Shown here: positions 1 to 13,627 of the stretch, one piece after another | Layout: every line of letters begins with the position of its first letter | How positions within the stretch are numbered: the first letter of the stretch is position 1 | Source of the DNA: Sporopachydermia quercuum | Lineage: Eukaryota | Length of the DNA stretch: 64,000 nt | NCBI GenBank assembly: GCA_001599295.1 | Contig: BCGN01000001.1 | Span: 744,001 to 808,000 of the forward strand | Direction of reading: 5' to 3' | Made by a program: the position numbers and the translations under genes | The notes under the pieces: model-generated | Told to the model about the DNA's origin: nothing | What the model saw: the letters and a program-made list of their open reading frames with translations, nothing else | Databases searched by the model: none

Positions 1-60
1 TTAAGATAAAACCTTAATTACACGAAAATAATAAATATGAAAAACTCAATAGGAAGGAAA

Positions 61-132
61 GACGCGTTTTGTTTGAACCTGTATTTTACTTGAAAAAGAT
101 TTAAATAAATAAGAAGAAAAAACAAACGCGTC
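61..132. promoter_or_regulatory. Two MCB (ACGCGT) boxes within an imperfect inverted repeat
   Basis: ACGCGT at 62-67 and 126-131, within arms gacgcgttttgttt / aaacaaacgcgtc. Probably the promoter of a gene left of the window. Confidence 0.45.
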
Positions 133-2349
133 CGAAATTACTAACTAGGAAAAATATAAGAAATCTTACATTTCAAGAGAAAAATTGCCAAAGTGATTGA
201 ACGCAATCGAGTACGAATAAATGGCTTAGAAACGACTTTCACAAACATAATTGGAAGGTATTTTGAATTGTAGAGTGAGATCATATTTTGCTTGCATCGG
301 AATGGCTGTGAGTATTGCAATATTAGATAAAAGAAGAAAAAAGATAAAACAGTTTATGGTTGATCAATTGATGAGGAAAGTTCCATATGCAAGAGGGCTA
401 ACCTACCATTTTGGCAAACAAAATCCAGGGCTTGCTAGTATGCTCTAGAAATGGACATAAAATATATGAAGTGGTCAGTATGACGAAAAAACGTAAATAA
501 TAGATCGATAATAGCAGTTAGAACGAAGAGATCTGTTAGTGTATAAATCATATAACACAATGCACTTGCAATCCATTTGATTACTCTCAGATTGTAAGAC
601 ATAACATATTTTATCCTATGACTATCATTGATAGCACGAGAAGGACAGGTTCTAGCCTGTCAGTTATCTGAATGTGAACGGATTTAACGCCGTGATGCTG
701 TTTGAAAGGATGAAGAATCTAATTTACTCGATTCGTCTTATCAGTGAACATGTGGAACGATTTTTGATATTTCAGTGATTGAGTAAATAGATATAGAAAT
801 AATGATGAGAATAGTTTGAATAGTTCTACTAACTAGATCAATAGTGTCAACTAGCAGAAATCGTCAAACTAATTGATCCTCATATAGAATCTATGCCATC
901 AACCATGCCAAACAACAAAGCAAGAACTGGCGATAGCAAACAATTTCTATTCGTCGATGTTTCTGAGAGTATAAGTATTTTGCATAGTTAGCGTAGGAGA
1001 GTTCAATTAATTACAGATTTATAACGTTATACTGTTATTTTAAACATGATTAGTACAATGCTAAAAAGAGGCCGAATCTAATTAAGAACAGAAAGCAGTT
1101 TAACTTTATAATTAACATTGAGATGATTTTTCCTAATGTACATTTGTGCACCAGAAAAACAAAAGCACAACTGTACGTAACAGCTGAAATTATGTGAGTT
1201 TGTCAGTTTCAACTGCGCTCGTTGAATGATATTCATGAATGAACAATCGAATAAAGCTTAATAATAAATGAACCTTATTTTCAACGGTTATTCATTCTTG
1301 TTTCTGAGCTTGAGATTGATTCTTATCTCTGTATTCTCTTTGAGAAGTAAATTAATATCAACAAAAATAGAAAATGCAATAATGTTTGTCAATGTACTTA
1401 GATGATACTTGCCCTAAAGATAATTTGAGCTGTTTAAGATGTTAAGTGAATTCATAATGAACCTTTTAGAACAAGGAACTAAAACCTAGTTTTGAATCTC
1501 GGAGAAGTTAGGAAAAAAGAAAATTTAAACTTTAATATCATGATACTATGTTCAGCAATTTTATAACTAATCGGGTAGTGTTTTATGGAAAATGTTTAGG
1601 TTTCACTCACGCCTAGAACTCCTTTTTAAATTAGATGTTGTTGGGTTTTTCAAGACAGATAGATATAAATAATTCAAAATGTTTCTAACATGTCTTCAGA
1701 AGGCTGTGTTGTTTCCAGAAAAATGCGTATCTGCCCAATAATATCAGGTTGGAGAAAACATAGTCAGAAACTTAAAATAAAGACTCCAAGAAAAATCAAA
1801 ACTTACCGTTTATTACTTGAAATAATGAGGAATGTAAGGCGATATTCCATGCCGGAGGCTTGGAAAAAATATAAGCTAACAGTTTCATTGTATGATCTTC
1901 AAACAATCACTCGATTAAGCTTAACGTTTGTCTTTTTTTCTTTCTTTTTCCTTTTTAGATTTTAAGGTTTTATCTGCTCTTAAGAATCTGAAACGAGGAA
2001 CCTTCCGACCTTTGAAAGTGACATCTATTCAATTCACACTCTAAGTCAGGATGATAAAACGAACAGATCAAAACGTTATCTTGCAATCATTGCTCTTTCT
2101 ATATGAGATAATAAGGAGGGTTAAGGTCACCGTATTAATATCTGACTTTCTAATTATGAATCAGCTAACATATCTATGTTTCAAAACATGCTATAGTAGT
2201 TAGGAATAATGGCACCGGTCTATTTACCTAGACGTGATTGTCAAAACATGGCAGAAGTAAATCTCTGTTTTCAACCTTAATTCAGTATATTTTTCAGTAG
2301 GTCTCAGAATAAAGTTAGAATAATTTGCCATAACTAGTCAAACTCAATT

Positions 2350-2660
2350 GTTTACGTAACTCATGACTCAACCAAGACTCCCTTCCAGATGTAATCCCTC
2401 TTGTGATCAATCGACCAATTTCTTGAGCTTTGAGCTTCGAACTAGAAATGCCAAAAATTCGATCGCTCTTGGTAAGAAGTGCGGTAATTTTTGAGTATTG
2501 AACTGCAGCAAAAACATCAGTATATGAGCTGATAGAGCATATCTTCCTTTAGAAGTAACTCTCCCGAGATAGTCAACTTTATCCTTTTCATATTGCAAAC
2601 GATGCAATATATTCTTGAAGGCACTCCTCACTCTTTCGCACTTTCGCACTCTTGTTTATT
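2350..2660 (-). mobile_element. Possible Ty1/copia-type Gag remnant, heavily frameshifted
   Basis: Stitching minus-strand frames gives SEECLQEYIASF / EKDKVDYLG / ELLLKEDMLYQLI / QYSKITALLT...SKLKAQE. This resembles the copia Gag (UBN2-like) pattern S..EY...F..L.D.L...G..(EED).....Y..I......KL.A.E. Confidence 0.3.
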
Positions 2661-5479
2661 TGATAGCTTTCATTTGATTGCACCAGTAACTGCCCTAGTT
2701 TCTTTTTTTCTTTTTTTTTTTTTTGAATAAGACACAGTTGAATTTAACAAATCTCTATCGTTCTTAAACACCAACGGAGAAAACTCAACGGCTTCTTTTG
2801 CCAACCCTGGAATTTGTAAAACCTTATGTTCTATACTATCGTCCTCGGGTTACTGATAATACGTATGCTTTACCAACCCATCAACAATCCTGCGTTATAT
2901 GACATACATGTCTGCGCAATAAGAAACGATGTTGGAGGGAGAAAAAGGTAGAAAGCTAACCAGGAAGAACGAATTATCACATCTGACAAGTGGAACTTTT
3001 CAAAAATCGGGCTTCTGAACTTCCCAAAACGTGTATGATCCTTTGTTATTATAGCACTCTTTGAATATGTATTTCCAGAACGACTCCGCAGTTAAATTTC
3101 ACATCTTTCTATCATAACTAGTTAGTTGAAGTATACGTTCTACATGTGTTGTGAATTAAATGTACTTCTCAGACGTATCTCAGATAATGAATGTTTCTCA
3201 AACTATGTACATACCAAATCTAGTATGCAATATCGATCATACAATTTATATTTTTTTCTTCCGCTTCCTATCTGATTTTACTGATCATTCATTAGTTAGA
3301 TTAACAGCGAGACCAGTTGAAACTGAGTATTGCGTAATGAATTGGATTATCACCTGTCCATTACACTTTTTTTACTCATCGAATCACTGACCAAAAAAAA
3401 ACCTAACTAGCCATACAGGTATTTCCTGTATAAAATTTTTTCGTGAATTAATACTGTAGATAAATTTCCAAAAATATCTTTTAAAGCTACTACTGGCTAA
3501 ATTACTGTGGAGTGACATAAAATCCGAATTCGCTAATCCTATATAGGCTAAAATAATATCAGTCACATACAATCAGTTGGAAGCCAAAAGGCGCACCACA
3601 CCTTCCAGATTTTATATTTTCAAAGCTTGACGTACAGCTCTGAATCTCAGGTCTTTTCTCTTATGTTGTTGAAAGAAAAATATTATTTCTCGTAGAAGCA
3701 AATATGAGGACTAAATTCTCTGAATTGTCATCGTACGAATGAATATACTTGAAAGAAACGATCAATAAGGGCCAAAGTGATCTTAGTGAGATGCCACTTA
3801 AATTTCCATTAACCATAAAAGTTTCGATTTCACATTCTTGGTGTCAAATAAATGAGATGGAAGAGGTTCAGGAAAAAATAACTTACTGAGCTATAACACT
3901 CCTATTAGCACAATTACAGTGCTTCCTTTCAATTGCAAATAATAATCTTTTATATGAGGAGATTTGTCTGTTGTAAGTCTAAGTAATTAACTTTTGGAAT
4001 AAGAAAATGGGTTACTCAATTAAGATGGAAAACTTAACGTTTCACTGGGGTGCATATTACTTTTATATGAAAGAATTGTTCTTAGTATCAATAACTATCT
4101 TTCGACCTATATTCAGCTATCGGCTATTTCATATTATCACCCTGTGTGAGCTTCAAAAATCTGATCATATTCAGATTGAAAATATGGATGCCTCTAATTT
4201 ACACTATCTTCTTCGCATGTCGTTCATTGCTTCTGTTCCCTTTTCATAATGTAAATAATCGTTTCTATTTCTATTTTTATATTTACATTATAGTTAAGGT
4301 TCTCCTACCCATTCTAGAAAAGCAAAATACAGGGTTTGGCTTATTCTAGGATCAATTTGAATCCATTATTGTTGAGTTGTAGAACTTCCATGATAGTCGA
4401 CCGGAAGTATCTAATACGAATTACTATAATGAGACACATACATGTTTCACCATTTTAGGTGAACCAAGTAACATTACAAAAAGATTGTGGCTCAGCCATA
4501 ATTGAAAGAACAACGACTCTAATTTGTTTGGTTGAAGGAGACGAGAGAACAAAAAGTACTATGTAGAAGACATTAAATCGAATGTTTAGGGAAAACCGAT
4601 CTTGATAACTTTTACTATCATGAAAAAGATCAAATATTTCAAAAGTGAGTGAATCGACCATTTCATTATTAATTAATGCTCTATCCTGAATTTGCCGATA
4701 TTTAGCATTAAAGTTTCCACTCTGATCTATACATTAAAATGGAAGTATCAGAACTTTGAAGGTGTATCACAAAACTTATTAACTTAGAGTATACATAGAT
4801 TCATACGTTGAGTATCCTATTCGTTTGAACTACTTAGTTAACTCGTTTCTTTGGTCCTGGGGTTTAATTCTTAGTAGTGATGATAATGTGGATCCCTACC
4901 GACTAGTTCGTAAGATAAGAATTGATTGGCCATAGTGTTCACGTACAATTAGTCACAAAGATTGATCACTAGGAGATGGAATGATTGCCCTTTTAAGTAT
5001 TTAAATTTTGATTGGATTTTAGTTCGGAAACCAATTTCCCTTCTCTTAGTGTTATCATTAAAGCTCCATTTTCTCAAACAACTGATTATGTAGTTTTATT
5101 GTCCTATTCGGAACTGTAAACCCATTTAAGCCTATGTTCAAGCCCCGATCCAAAGAGAGGAACTGAAATATTCTGGGAAGGATGTCATCTAAATGAAACC
5201 CTGTAAGTAATCATATTTGAAAGCCAAGAGTGTATTAATCAAATATTACCAAAAAATTCAACCTCGAATTTACCTTCCGCTTAATAAGGTTTAAAAGGAC
5301 ATCTGAAACAAAAAGTTAACTTGAATAGTGTAAGTATATTTTGTTAACTATTCAATGATGTACCTAGCAGTGCATAAAGTTCGTCACCACTCATTTCTTG
5401 ACAGCCGTCAACTTAATCATTGATGCTTAAGCAACGTTGTAACTGACAAGAAAAGTCGTTCTTTTTCAAAATAAATGAT

Positions 5480-6620
5480 TTCATATTCTATACACCTGGA
5501 ATTTCGGAAGCTGTTTGTTATTCAAAGGTATATCTGAATTGTCAAGATCTTTCATCTTCGCTACAATGTGCAGATAATAAGCTTCGCCATCACAGTAGTA
5601 AGCTTCATTGAAGATCTGGTGGTCTTGATTGATATATATTGATCAAGTAGATGATAATGCCAGGAAATATTTGATATAGCATTTCAAGATCTGCCGTTTC
5701 AGTTTGGTATTTGAGATCTGAGTCTTCAAATATAGGGTACTTGGCATCGAACTTTCTACTAAGTAACTGCCCCGTCCAATGTTTCCTTTCACAGTAGACG
5801 AAAGATTATGATTTCTTAGTGGGTAAGTGAAAGGTGTACTGATTCATGGCGACTATTAAGCTCCTCAATCTTTCTCTTTCAATCAAACTGTCAACTTCTT
5901 TCCAACTTTATATAATGTACACGGCTCTCACAGCACTAAAGTTTCAACCTCTTCCTTCTCATTGCTTCAAACATCGAACAAAGTTCAAGCAGTAGGAAAC
6001 ATTCACATAGTCATTTCAAACTTTATTATGCTTCATCAAGAAAAGTGATACTCCTGAAAGCAGGATGACACTTTCGAGAAAGGGCTACCATTAACTTTGC
6101 TTTGGATACTTTGTTCGGTTGAAAATGAGAATCAGACGCAGGAGGAGAGCTATTAGATGGAATGTCATACCAATTATTGACTAGAAACTGCTGGATAGAA
6201 TTTTTTTCCGATTGATGAAATTATCCATACGATAATTGTATATCTGTACCCGTTTGTACCTCCTGACAAGTTATGTCATTCTTGGTTCTTTCATTAATAT
6301 GACATATTTTTGAAATGAGCTTCTTCCGAAGACAGAAACTTTTTATAATTCCTATAAATTTGTAGGTCCACTAATGAATTTCTCTTCCTGTTGCAAAAAG
6401 ACTCGGAAGAGGTATCTTCATGAGAAAAAGTAACTGGCTTCTCAAATAGAATCCTTCCATCGTTTTCATCGAAACGATGGCCATAAAAAAGGAACTAAAT
6501 TTGTTAAACTTCTTTTGCAAAAACAACGTGAATAGAGAATAGCAATCACATTTTTAATTCGTAGTGTATTGCAGCGCTGAAACTTTGAAGTATTTCTTCC
6601 AGAGCCTCGTCCGATCACAT
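5480..6620 (-). pseudogene. Decayed protein-coding remnant of unknown family
   Basis: Several consecutive 50-65 codon stop-free runs on the same strand, broken by isolated stops or frameshifts, e.g. WKEVDSLIERERLRSLIVAMNQY..*SFVYCERKHWTGQLLSRKFDAKYPIFED..LYQIFPGII; NQDHQIFNEAYYCDGEAYYLHIVAKMKD. Confidence 0.4.
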
Positions 6621-9600
6621 ACTTTGAAATAATAAAATTAACTACTAAAATATGATGATCAATTGTTAATTACACTTTACTTATCCATTATTGTTGTAAG
6701 GTTGAATGAATATGATATTGTCTTTTGATTTACCTAAATAAGTAAGAGTAATAATAATTAAGTATGCAATTTACACTAACTTTACTAATCTAGATGATTG
6801 CTTATTCATCATTAACTATTTTCCAGTTTTCAATTTTTACGAATATTATTCTCATACACTTTGCTAAAATTTAGAAACATTTGTTAAAGAGGGAGCTAAT
6901 TCTTTACCAATTTTTCTATTTGAAAGTTGAATGATAGTCTAAAACATTCATAAGTTATAACAGAAGAGGTTACCAAGGACCTCAGTTAACTGATTTAACG
7001 TTTGAAAGAGTCGTATAACTCGGCTTTAGTCGAGTAATTCTTTTTAGTGAAAAGTTTATCTTTTCCTCTGGCTTACAATTTCATGAATTTCCTAAAATGT
7101 GACTCTTATCACCAGTAGATTTATCTATATTATTTGATCTCATTAGATGTTGATTAAAGCTTCAACAGTAGAAAGTAATTCCAAAATTGAGTTTTAATGA
7201 TTATGAATGCAAACCACTAACAGATTGAGCGTATATTTGTCGTTCCCAAATATGTGTAATACTAGGAAAAGATCTTTACCCACCGTCGGAATTATTTTAC
7301 GAGACTACAGTACTTTCTTCAGTATACAACAAAGTTTGACATATATTTTCGCTGTAGTTGACCAACATTAAGTTTGATCATTCAGACATATGAAACTCTA
7401 AAACTCTATTAGCCCTATGTGAGAAAAAACTGACACTATATTTCTCAAAACATCCATATCCGAAAACTGCCAATAAGATCATTAAATTGATGTCTAATGA
7501 TCAAAATGCAAAACGTGTACTGTTTTTCAGGATCGTACTTCCTTATCCAACGGTTATATCTTGATTTTATTTTATCTATAACTAATACAGAACAGAAACC
7601 AAGGCTGAGATGTTTCCAATGTAGCCAATCAGATGCTTGAACAAGTATCAGATGTTCCAAGCTCTACAACAAGGAGCATTTTCATGCAAGAGTCAACAGT
7701 GTACAGAAATACAAATTTTCTCAGAACAATGTTTAATTGGAATTGTTATGACTTCTTACGAAGTGATCAAGCTGGTTAGTATGCAGTTGATAAATACATA
7801 TAAAAGAGAATTATTAAAAAATAATTTTTCGCGCTATAGAATATATATTCATTTATTAGTTTTCTTGAGTAGCAACCAACCGTTTTGGGAAACTTTAATT
7901 TCACTCATTCAGATCGTTGTTGTGACTCCATTTTCCACTGCCCCATTAGGATATACATAGAACTTTTAGATACCAAAATTCTCGTAAACCTTAACATTTA
8001 GGTGCTATTTAATGTTTCTTTCAGTGACTATTTTCAACTTTAATCACAAATTATTTTCGAAGAATATTTGATTTGGGAACACTCTATAATAGAATACCAA
8101 TTGCTGGTTATTGCTCAATATAGCATGCAAACAAAAGGCCGTGTGTCTACCCATTATCAAGAATCTTAAATCTAACATATTCATAATGCTAAAATGCTAA
8201 CTTTATCGTATTCTTTTTAATGATTGGAAATTCATTTGGACTGAAGATTTAATTGCACCATTAGTTGGAAACTTATAAACGTAGTAATTTTTCATCGCAC
8301 TTATCATAACAAATGAAAAAAAAAGGAAATTGTTTCAACTTCCCAAAAGATCCACTTTGCATCTTGGAATGAAATAAATTCAAACCAATTCAAACAAAGT
8401 TGAGTTGAAGTAGAAATAGTTATTATGTACTGGTTTTCTGAATAGCTACTGTGCAATATTTATTGACCCTTCCTCTACTGCAAAATGGTTTCATTCAAAA
8501 GAAAGATAGATGAGACCTAAGTATATATCATATCCCACATGAGAACGGAGTCTTGGTCTAAATTCTGATCAAGTGATTATCTTTTTCGTTCTAGCATTAA
8601 CGACTAACGGTGTTCTCAGTTACATCAAAGCAATGTTATACAAAATGTAATACTCAAACAGTAGATGTTCAGGCTTAAAAATAATAATTTCTTCAGTTCA
8701 GGTAGACCTAGACAAATCAAATTCGACTGCATTATTACTTAAAGTTGAACTAGACTATTTCAGGTCATTTCAACGTACCCAGAGATATGATCTGCTTGGT
8801 AATAAATTTTAACCAACTAAGGATTATTTTAGTAAAAGCTAGTAAGCTGAATTTTATGGCAGCAATTGATAAGGTGTCTACTAAGGACATAATCCACCCA
8901 TAAAATGTCTGACAATCATGGTTACCTTCAATAACACCGTTGCATGAAATGGAAATATCCTAAGGAAGATCTGTATGTATCGGACCACTATACATATCCA
9001 TACAACCATGATTTCTAGCCTACAGTAAGGAGTAATCTCCAAGAGCTTATACGGCCATTAACTTTCCAAAAGAATAAGACCTGAGAATTACTGCTGTTTG
9101 AGGTCCAGTATTACTTTACTTATTTCACAACTTATTTTGCAATTTAGCAAAATAAAATAAAAGAAATTCTTAGTTTAAGTATCCATACTGGCTCATTTCA
9201 GTTAATCACAATTTATGATTGAGGTTAAAAAGATAGCCAAATCATCTTCCAGCAATTTGTGGTATCAATAAAACCAACTGAGTTGGTTTGGCTCGATCTA
9301 CATATCATCATTCCAAGGTACTTTTCGAATCCTTACAATTACAACAAATTCGTGAAATTCTTTTGATACTCCTTGACAGTAAGTAAATAAGAGAGGCATT
9401 ACATCAAACATTTACAGAATGTTATCTAAAATATCAAACGTAAACGACAATCTACACTACCGTGTTGATTTTAAGGATCGTTTATACATTAACTACCTGT
9501 ATTTTGATGAACTACAGTATCCAAATAAAGTTATCCGCTTTCACCCATTATCTCAAAGAATCACTAATCTAATTTGTACGTACAGATTAACTGGGGTCCT

Positions 9601-10252
9601 AAAATCAAAATTAATGCAGTATTCAAAGAGTAGCAAATTTACAACATAATTATGTATATAAGAGTTCATTTAGTCCATTCTTAAAATCTCATATCTTACT
9701 GCCCATACTGTTGTCGTTTATACCGAAGTCTTCTCATATGAAACTTGTAACATCTGTACAAACTATGTGTTGTGTAAAGTTTATATATTTTAGTAACTTT
9801 ATTTTGATATAAATAAATCACTTGGAAGGACCATTCGTCTAATGCCAGTTCAAAACCTTATAAAGATTTTGGTAACTACAAATAACAAATAATCTTACAT
9901 AACATATACATATATAACGTAGGTTTGCTGCTCCCTCTTTAATTAATGCAATCGTTCCTGAATTTTCTTTCTGGCTGGTTAAAGCAAATTTGATTATCTT
10001 CCACTGTTGAAGCATTGTTCCAACATTGATTATCGGCTTTATTATAGGAGCGAAAGGTTTTCGATTTAGATAGCGGTTGATTTTATTCAGGTTTCTATCG
10101 TTTCAAAAACAGCCTTAGGAACAAATAATGATAAGGCATCTTTAAACTGACCTTCCATTGAAGAGCTAGATAATCAAAAAAAAAGGAAAAAAATTAGACC
10201 TAGAATTAGGCCAAAGAATACGCTGGTCGTTTCCTTACAATTATATTTTACA

Positions 10253-11119
10253 ATGTCAGTGGCTGATGGAAATTTGAATTCCAATCGTCCGATAACCCTT
10301 CCGCCACCAATTCCAAATCACCCAACCGATACAGCGAATCCCTATCCATCTACCTTTCACATTTTACCATATACTATATCCCAGACACACATTCCGAGTT
10401 CTCATAATGCGAATTCAAGCCAATTTAGAGGTCTCGATAAAACAGTTCCAAGTGCATTGAAACTACCGTCAATTACTGATTTGTTCAAAGATCTAGACTC
10501 AAATACTCTACCCTTACCCCTGCCATCACCTCCGGCACTTTCAGGTTCGCATGCTCATCATGCTCATCATATTCATCCGCATTCCCATCAATACATACAT
10601 TCGCAGTCTCAGAATATGACGCGTCCGGGGGTATCAGGATATCCAATTAACTCCAACTCTCCACAATCAGTCATATTACAAGCTCCTACCTCAATATCTG
10701 GAGGGATAGAGTCGTCACATGGAACGCCTAATCCACTGTCGCCAGTAATGGCGACTATACAGTCAGAAAACATACGGCAATCACAGGACTTTTCACAGCA
10801 GATTAGGCCGCCAACACCACGTACCTCACCGCCTTCAGTTGTATCAGCACCTTTATCGTCATCTTCATCATCTTCATCACAACATAGGATCAAGAAACGA
10901 CGGTCGAATCTACCGAAATCAGTAACATCTATATTGATGATATGGCTTTCAGAACATTTAAATCATCCATATCCATCAGAAACAGAGAAAACGGAATTAC
11001 TCATGAAAACGGGTCTCACGGGCTGTCAATTATCAAATTGGTTTATTAATGCTCGAAGAAGAAAAATATCTGGTCTTTCTTCAGGCAAATTAGTACTTAA
11101 ACAGTCGAAACAGAAGTAA
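10253..11119 (+). CDS. CUP9: TALE-class homeodomain transcription factor, Cup9/Tos8 family
   Basis: C-terminal KKRRSNLPK..ILMIWLSEHLNHPYPSETEK..LSNWFINARRRKI after a low-complexity P/S/H-rich N-terminus. Confidence 0.88.
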   Translation: MSVADGNLNSNRPITLPPPIPNHPTDTANPYPSTFHILPYTISQTHIPSSHNANSSQFRGLDKTVPSALKLPSITDLFKDLDSNTLPLPLPSPPALSGSHAHHAHHIHPHSHQYIHSQSQNMTRPGVSGYPINSNSPQSVILQAPTSISGGIESSHGTPNPLSPVMATIQSENIRQSQDFSQQIRPPTPRTSPPSVVSAPLSSSSSSSSQHRIKKRRSNLPKSVTSILMIWLSEHLNHPYPSETEKTELLMKTGLTGCQLSNWFINARRRKISGLSSGKLVLKQSKQK

Positions 11120-11789
11120 TTTCAAGAGTATATAATTATTCATTCTTCAAGGTTTTGTTACATTCGCTTCTCAATAAAAAATATCATACTCAGCTAATTT
11201 CAATTCACTTTTTCTTTATTCTCATGCATGTTCTTCCCTTATTATTCTGGTTCATTGACGACACACACATAAAAAAATGTTGTACCACCTCCTTCTAGGC
11301 CAATTTTGACCTATTAATTGTAAACTGTAAAGATTTAATTATTATTCTTGTAATAAGTATCCCCGTTATCCGTACATTTTTGTTTAGATATTAAACCAGA
11401 TTTCAGTGTTTCTTTAAGTTTCTGACAGTAGTGTAATATTCATGCATGTTTATGCATAAAGCAATGAATCTTGGTAATTCAGCCATTAGGCGCTTGGTGT
11501 ACCATTTTATGTGTCTAAAGGAGTAATTATGACAATGGTCGTTAGACATAAACCTGAAACAACAAGACGTATTCCGTATAAACGTTCTTTGCGTAAACTT
11601 TATACGCATTAGGTATATGCAGAGAAAAAGAGAGAATATACGTAACAGTTGATTAATTGAATAATTCAATGCACAAGGGAAAGTTTTCCGAATTTGGTGT
11701 ATCAGTGGCTCAACTCTAAAAGGTCTGGCAGCAAACACTAGTTGAGAAATCTTTTTTCTTCTTTGGTAAATTATAAAATCAACGCTGTA

Positions 11790-12590
11790 TATATCGAATG
11801 ATGAGTTAGTTGATCAATTGAATTTCGTCTATCTTTTTATAGCATATCCATCATCAATATAGTCTTTCATAATATACGGCGTCGCTGGTATAAGTTGGTG
11901 AAATATAGATATTGGTTTTCACTATCTTTTAGGATCCGCTCGATTACCATTTTTAAACTTATATTATCAGTCATTCTAAGAATTTACCTGTTTTCTACCC
12001 AAGTTTTATAAAGGACGGGTAACTACTACTAGTTTATCAGGTCTCAATTCAGGATATCTGTCTATTAGCAATAACGCGGCTCTTCAATGAGAGTTATTAG
12101 GCCATAAACAAGCCCATAAATACAGGGTTCCTATTATTATTATATAGTCCAATACATCAAAATGTGTATTGAATTCATATTGGAAGGTACTTGTTAAATT
12201 TGAAGTATACATAATATCTGAGGAGTCTGAAATTTTCGGGCGGTACCTCATTGGATAACGCAGTATTTCAACTTGATCCTTCCCAGACCTAGGATGGTAG
12301 TCGAGAGGTCAATAGGAGTTTTGTAGGATGATTTTCTAATTTTACCAAGGGAAACTACTACGATCCTGAGATCATAAGAGATATCACAATCGGAGCATGT
12401 GCTTTGCCAACATCATGATGAACTGTGGTGATGACAATAGATTTGGTATGGGTGAATGCGAATATCAAGAAGAAAAGGAATATAATGACGAAGGAGGTGA
12501 AAGAGATGAATTCGATTGATTTGAGGAAGGAGAAGAAGTAAGCGAATTCCACAAATCGATATCAATTAAAGAGATAGAAATGAAGCATTG
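11790..12590 (+). pseudogene. Harbinger-type DDE transposase pseudogene (DDE_Tnp_4-like)
   Basis: Colinear motifs: LVDQLNFVYLFIAYPSSI*SFIIYGVA (HTH region, ~11805-11885); HQNV (~12155); GRYLIG (12238-12255); FNLILPRPRMVVERSIGVL*DDFLIL (12267-12344, cf. FN..HS..R..VER.FG.LK.RF.IL); YDPEIIRDITIGACAL-[1-nt deletion]-NIMM (cf. ACC.LHN); then an acidic tail. Confidence 0.75.
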
Positions 12591-12997
12591 AAACAATGGA
12601 GAAATATTGCTTCTGATCTCTGGGAAAGATATAATAATAGAGTGAAATGAACTAAATAGCTATATTAACAAAAGATTATAAGCCAAATGATCGAAAAGGA
12701 GTAGGGCTAACTAATTAAGTTTGATTCTGTATGCACATTTTATTCAGATTAATGATCATTGAAATGGAGTTGGTATCTTTGTTCTTTAATCTCTCTTATT
12801 CAGCTCTTAGCGAGCTCTCAGCTGGGTTTTTACTGGGAAGATACTTGGCAAACTCTTCGGAAAATAACCGACAGCAAGCTCTCATTCTGTGGAATTGCAT
12901 CACATAGCTTTCCCTTGAGAATAGTTGAAGCTATCAATTTTGAGGGCTTTTTCAAAGATATCTTTTATACTCAGGCATCACCTCTTCGCCCAATGTC

Positions 12998-13627
12998 CTA
13001 CCTTTTAGTTTTAGTTTTCTTTTTCTCTTTCTTTTTCTTGAGGTTTCTTCGATGCTTACAGTTATCAGATTGGTTCACATCGGCATTCCTAGATATTGCT
13101 TTCTGTTGTGGAGCTCGGGTAGAAGGTGATACATATTTATTATCGTCAGATAAGGCACTACTTACTGATGTATCATCATAACCTAATTCGAGAAGATCAC
13201 CAGAAGAAGAGGAAGGAGAAGTTGTGGAGTAGGAGTTACCAGAAGAGCAATCTACAACAGCGCTTGCCGCGGCGAACAGAATATCCAAAGTTTCAAAGTT
13301 TGGGAGTCCCTTGTTTCTGAATTTAAGAAACGAGTGCCCTTCTTTTTCGTATTCCTCCCAACTTTCTCGAGAAGGAAGCAGCGCATAATTCTAAGTCCCA
13401 TCCCACTCGAGAAGTGTTGCGCGTCTTGTTGAGTACATTATGCTTTCGTTTTAAACTGATAATATTTACTCAATTGAATGGGTGTTACGTTTCGGAATGT
13501 ATAAGAAATTGAACTTCTCAACGATTAGGGCCATTCTTTCAGCCTTCATACTAACTGATCCGTTCTTTTGCTTCCTCTCAATACGCAATATTATCATAAG
13601 CTCAGAAGCTTTTGTAGAAAAAAGCAT
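12998..13627 (-). pseudogene. Myb/SANT-like DNA-binding protein pseudogene (Harbinger accessory ORF type)
   Basis: Across frameshifts: FSTKASELMIILRIE..SMKAERMALIVEKFN / VTPIQLSK / LKRKHNVLNKTRNTSRVGWDLE / SWEEYEKEGHSFLKFRNKGLPNFETLDILF, then an S-rich linker and K-rich NLS-like stretch. Matches the SG.GWD...W.EY.......KFR.K..P....L..LF pattern. Confidence 0.75.

Larger units (their letters stand above)
133..10252. other. ~10 kb gene-free AT-rich tract with decayed ORF remnants
   Basis: No ORF over 110 aa and none with recognisable homology, whereas the rest of the window carries a gene every ~2 kb. Confidence 0.8.

Noticed and set aside
2407..2649. 80-aa ORF as a reverse transcriptase fragment (KVDYLG, IEFLA)
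   Set aside because: No YxDD motif or other RT blocks nearby; a Gag-like reading fits the flanking frames better.
133..10252. Cluster of TGACA (TALE homeodomain) sites for CUP9 autoregulation
   Set aside because: My rough count is about what base composition predicts.
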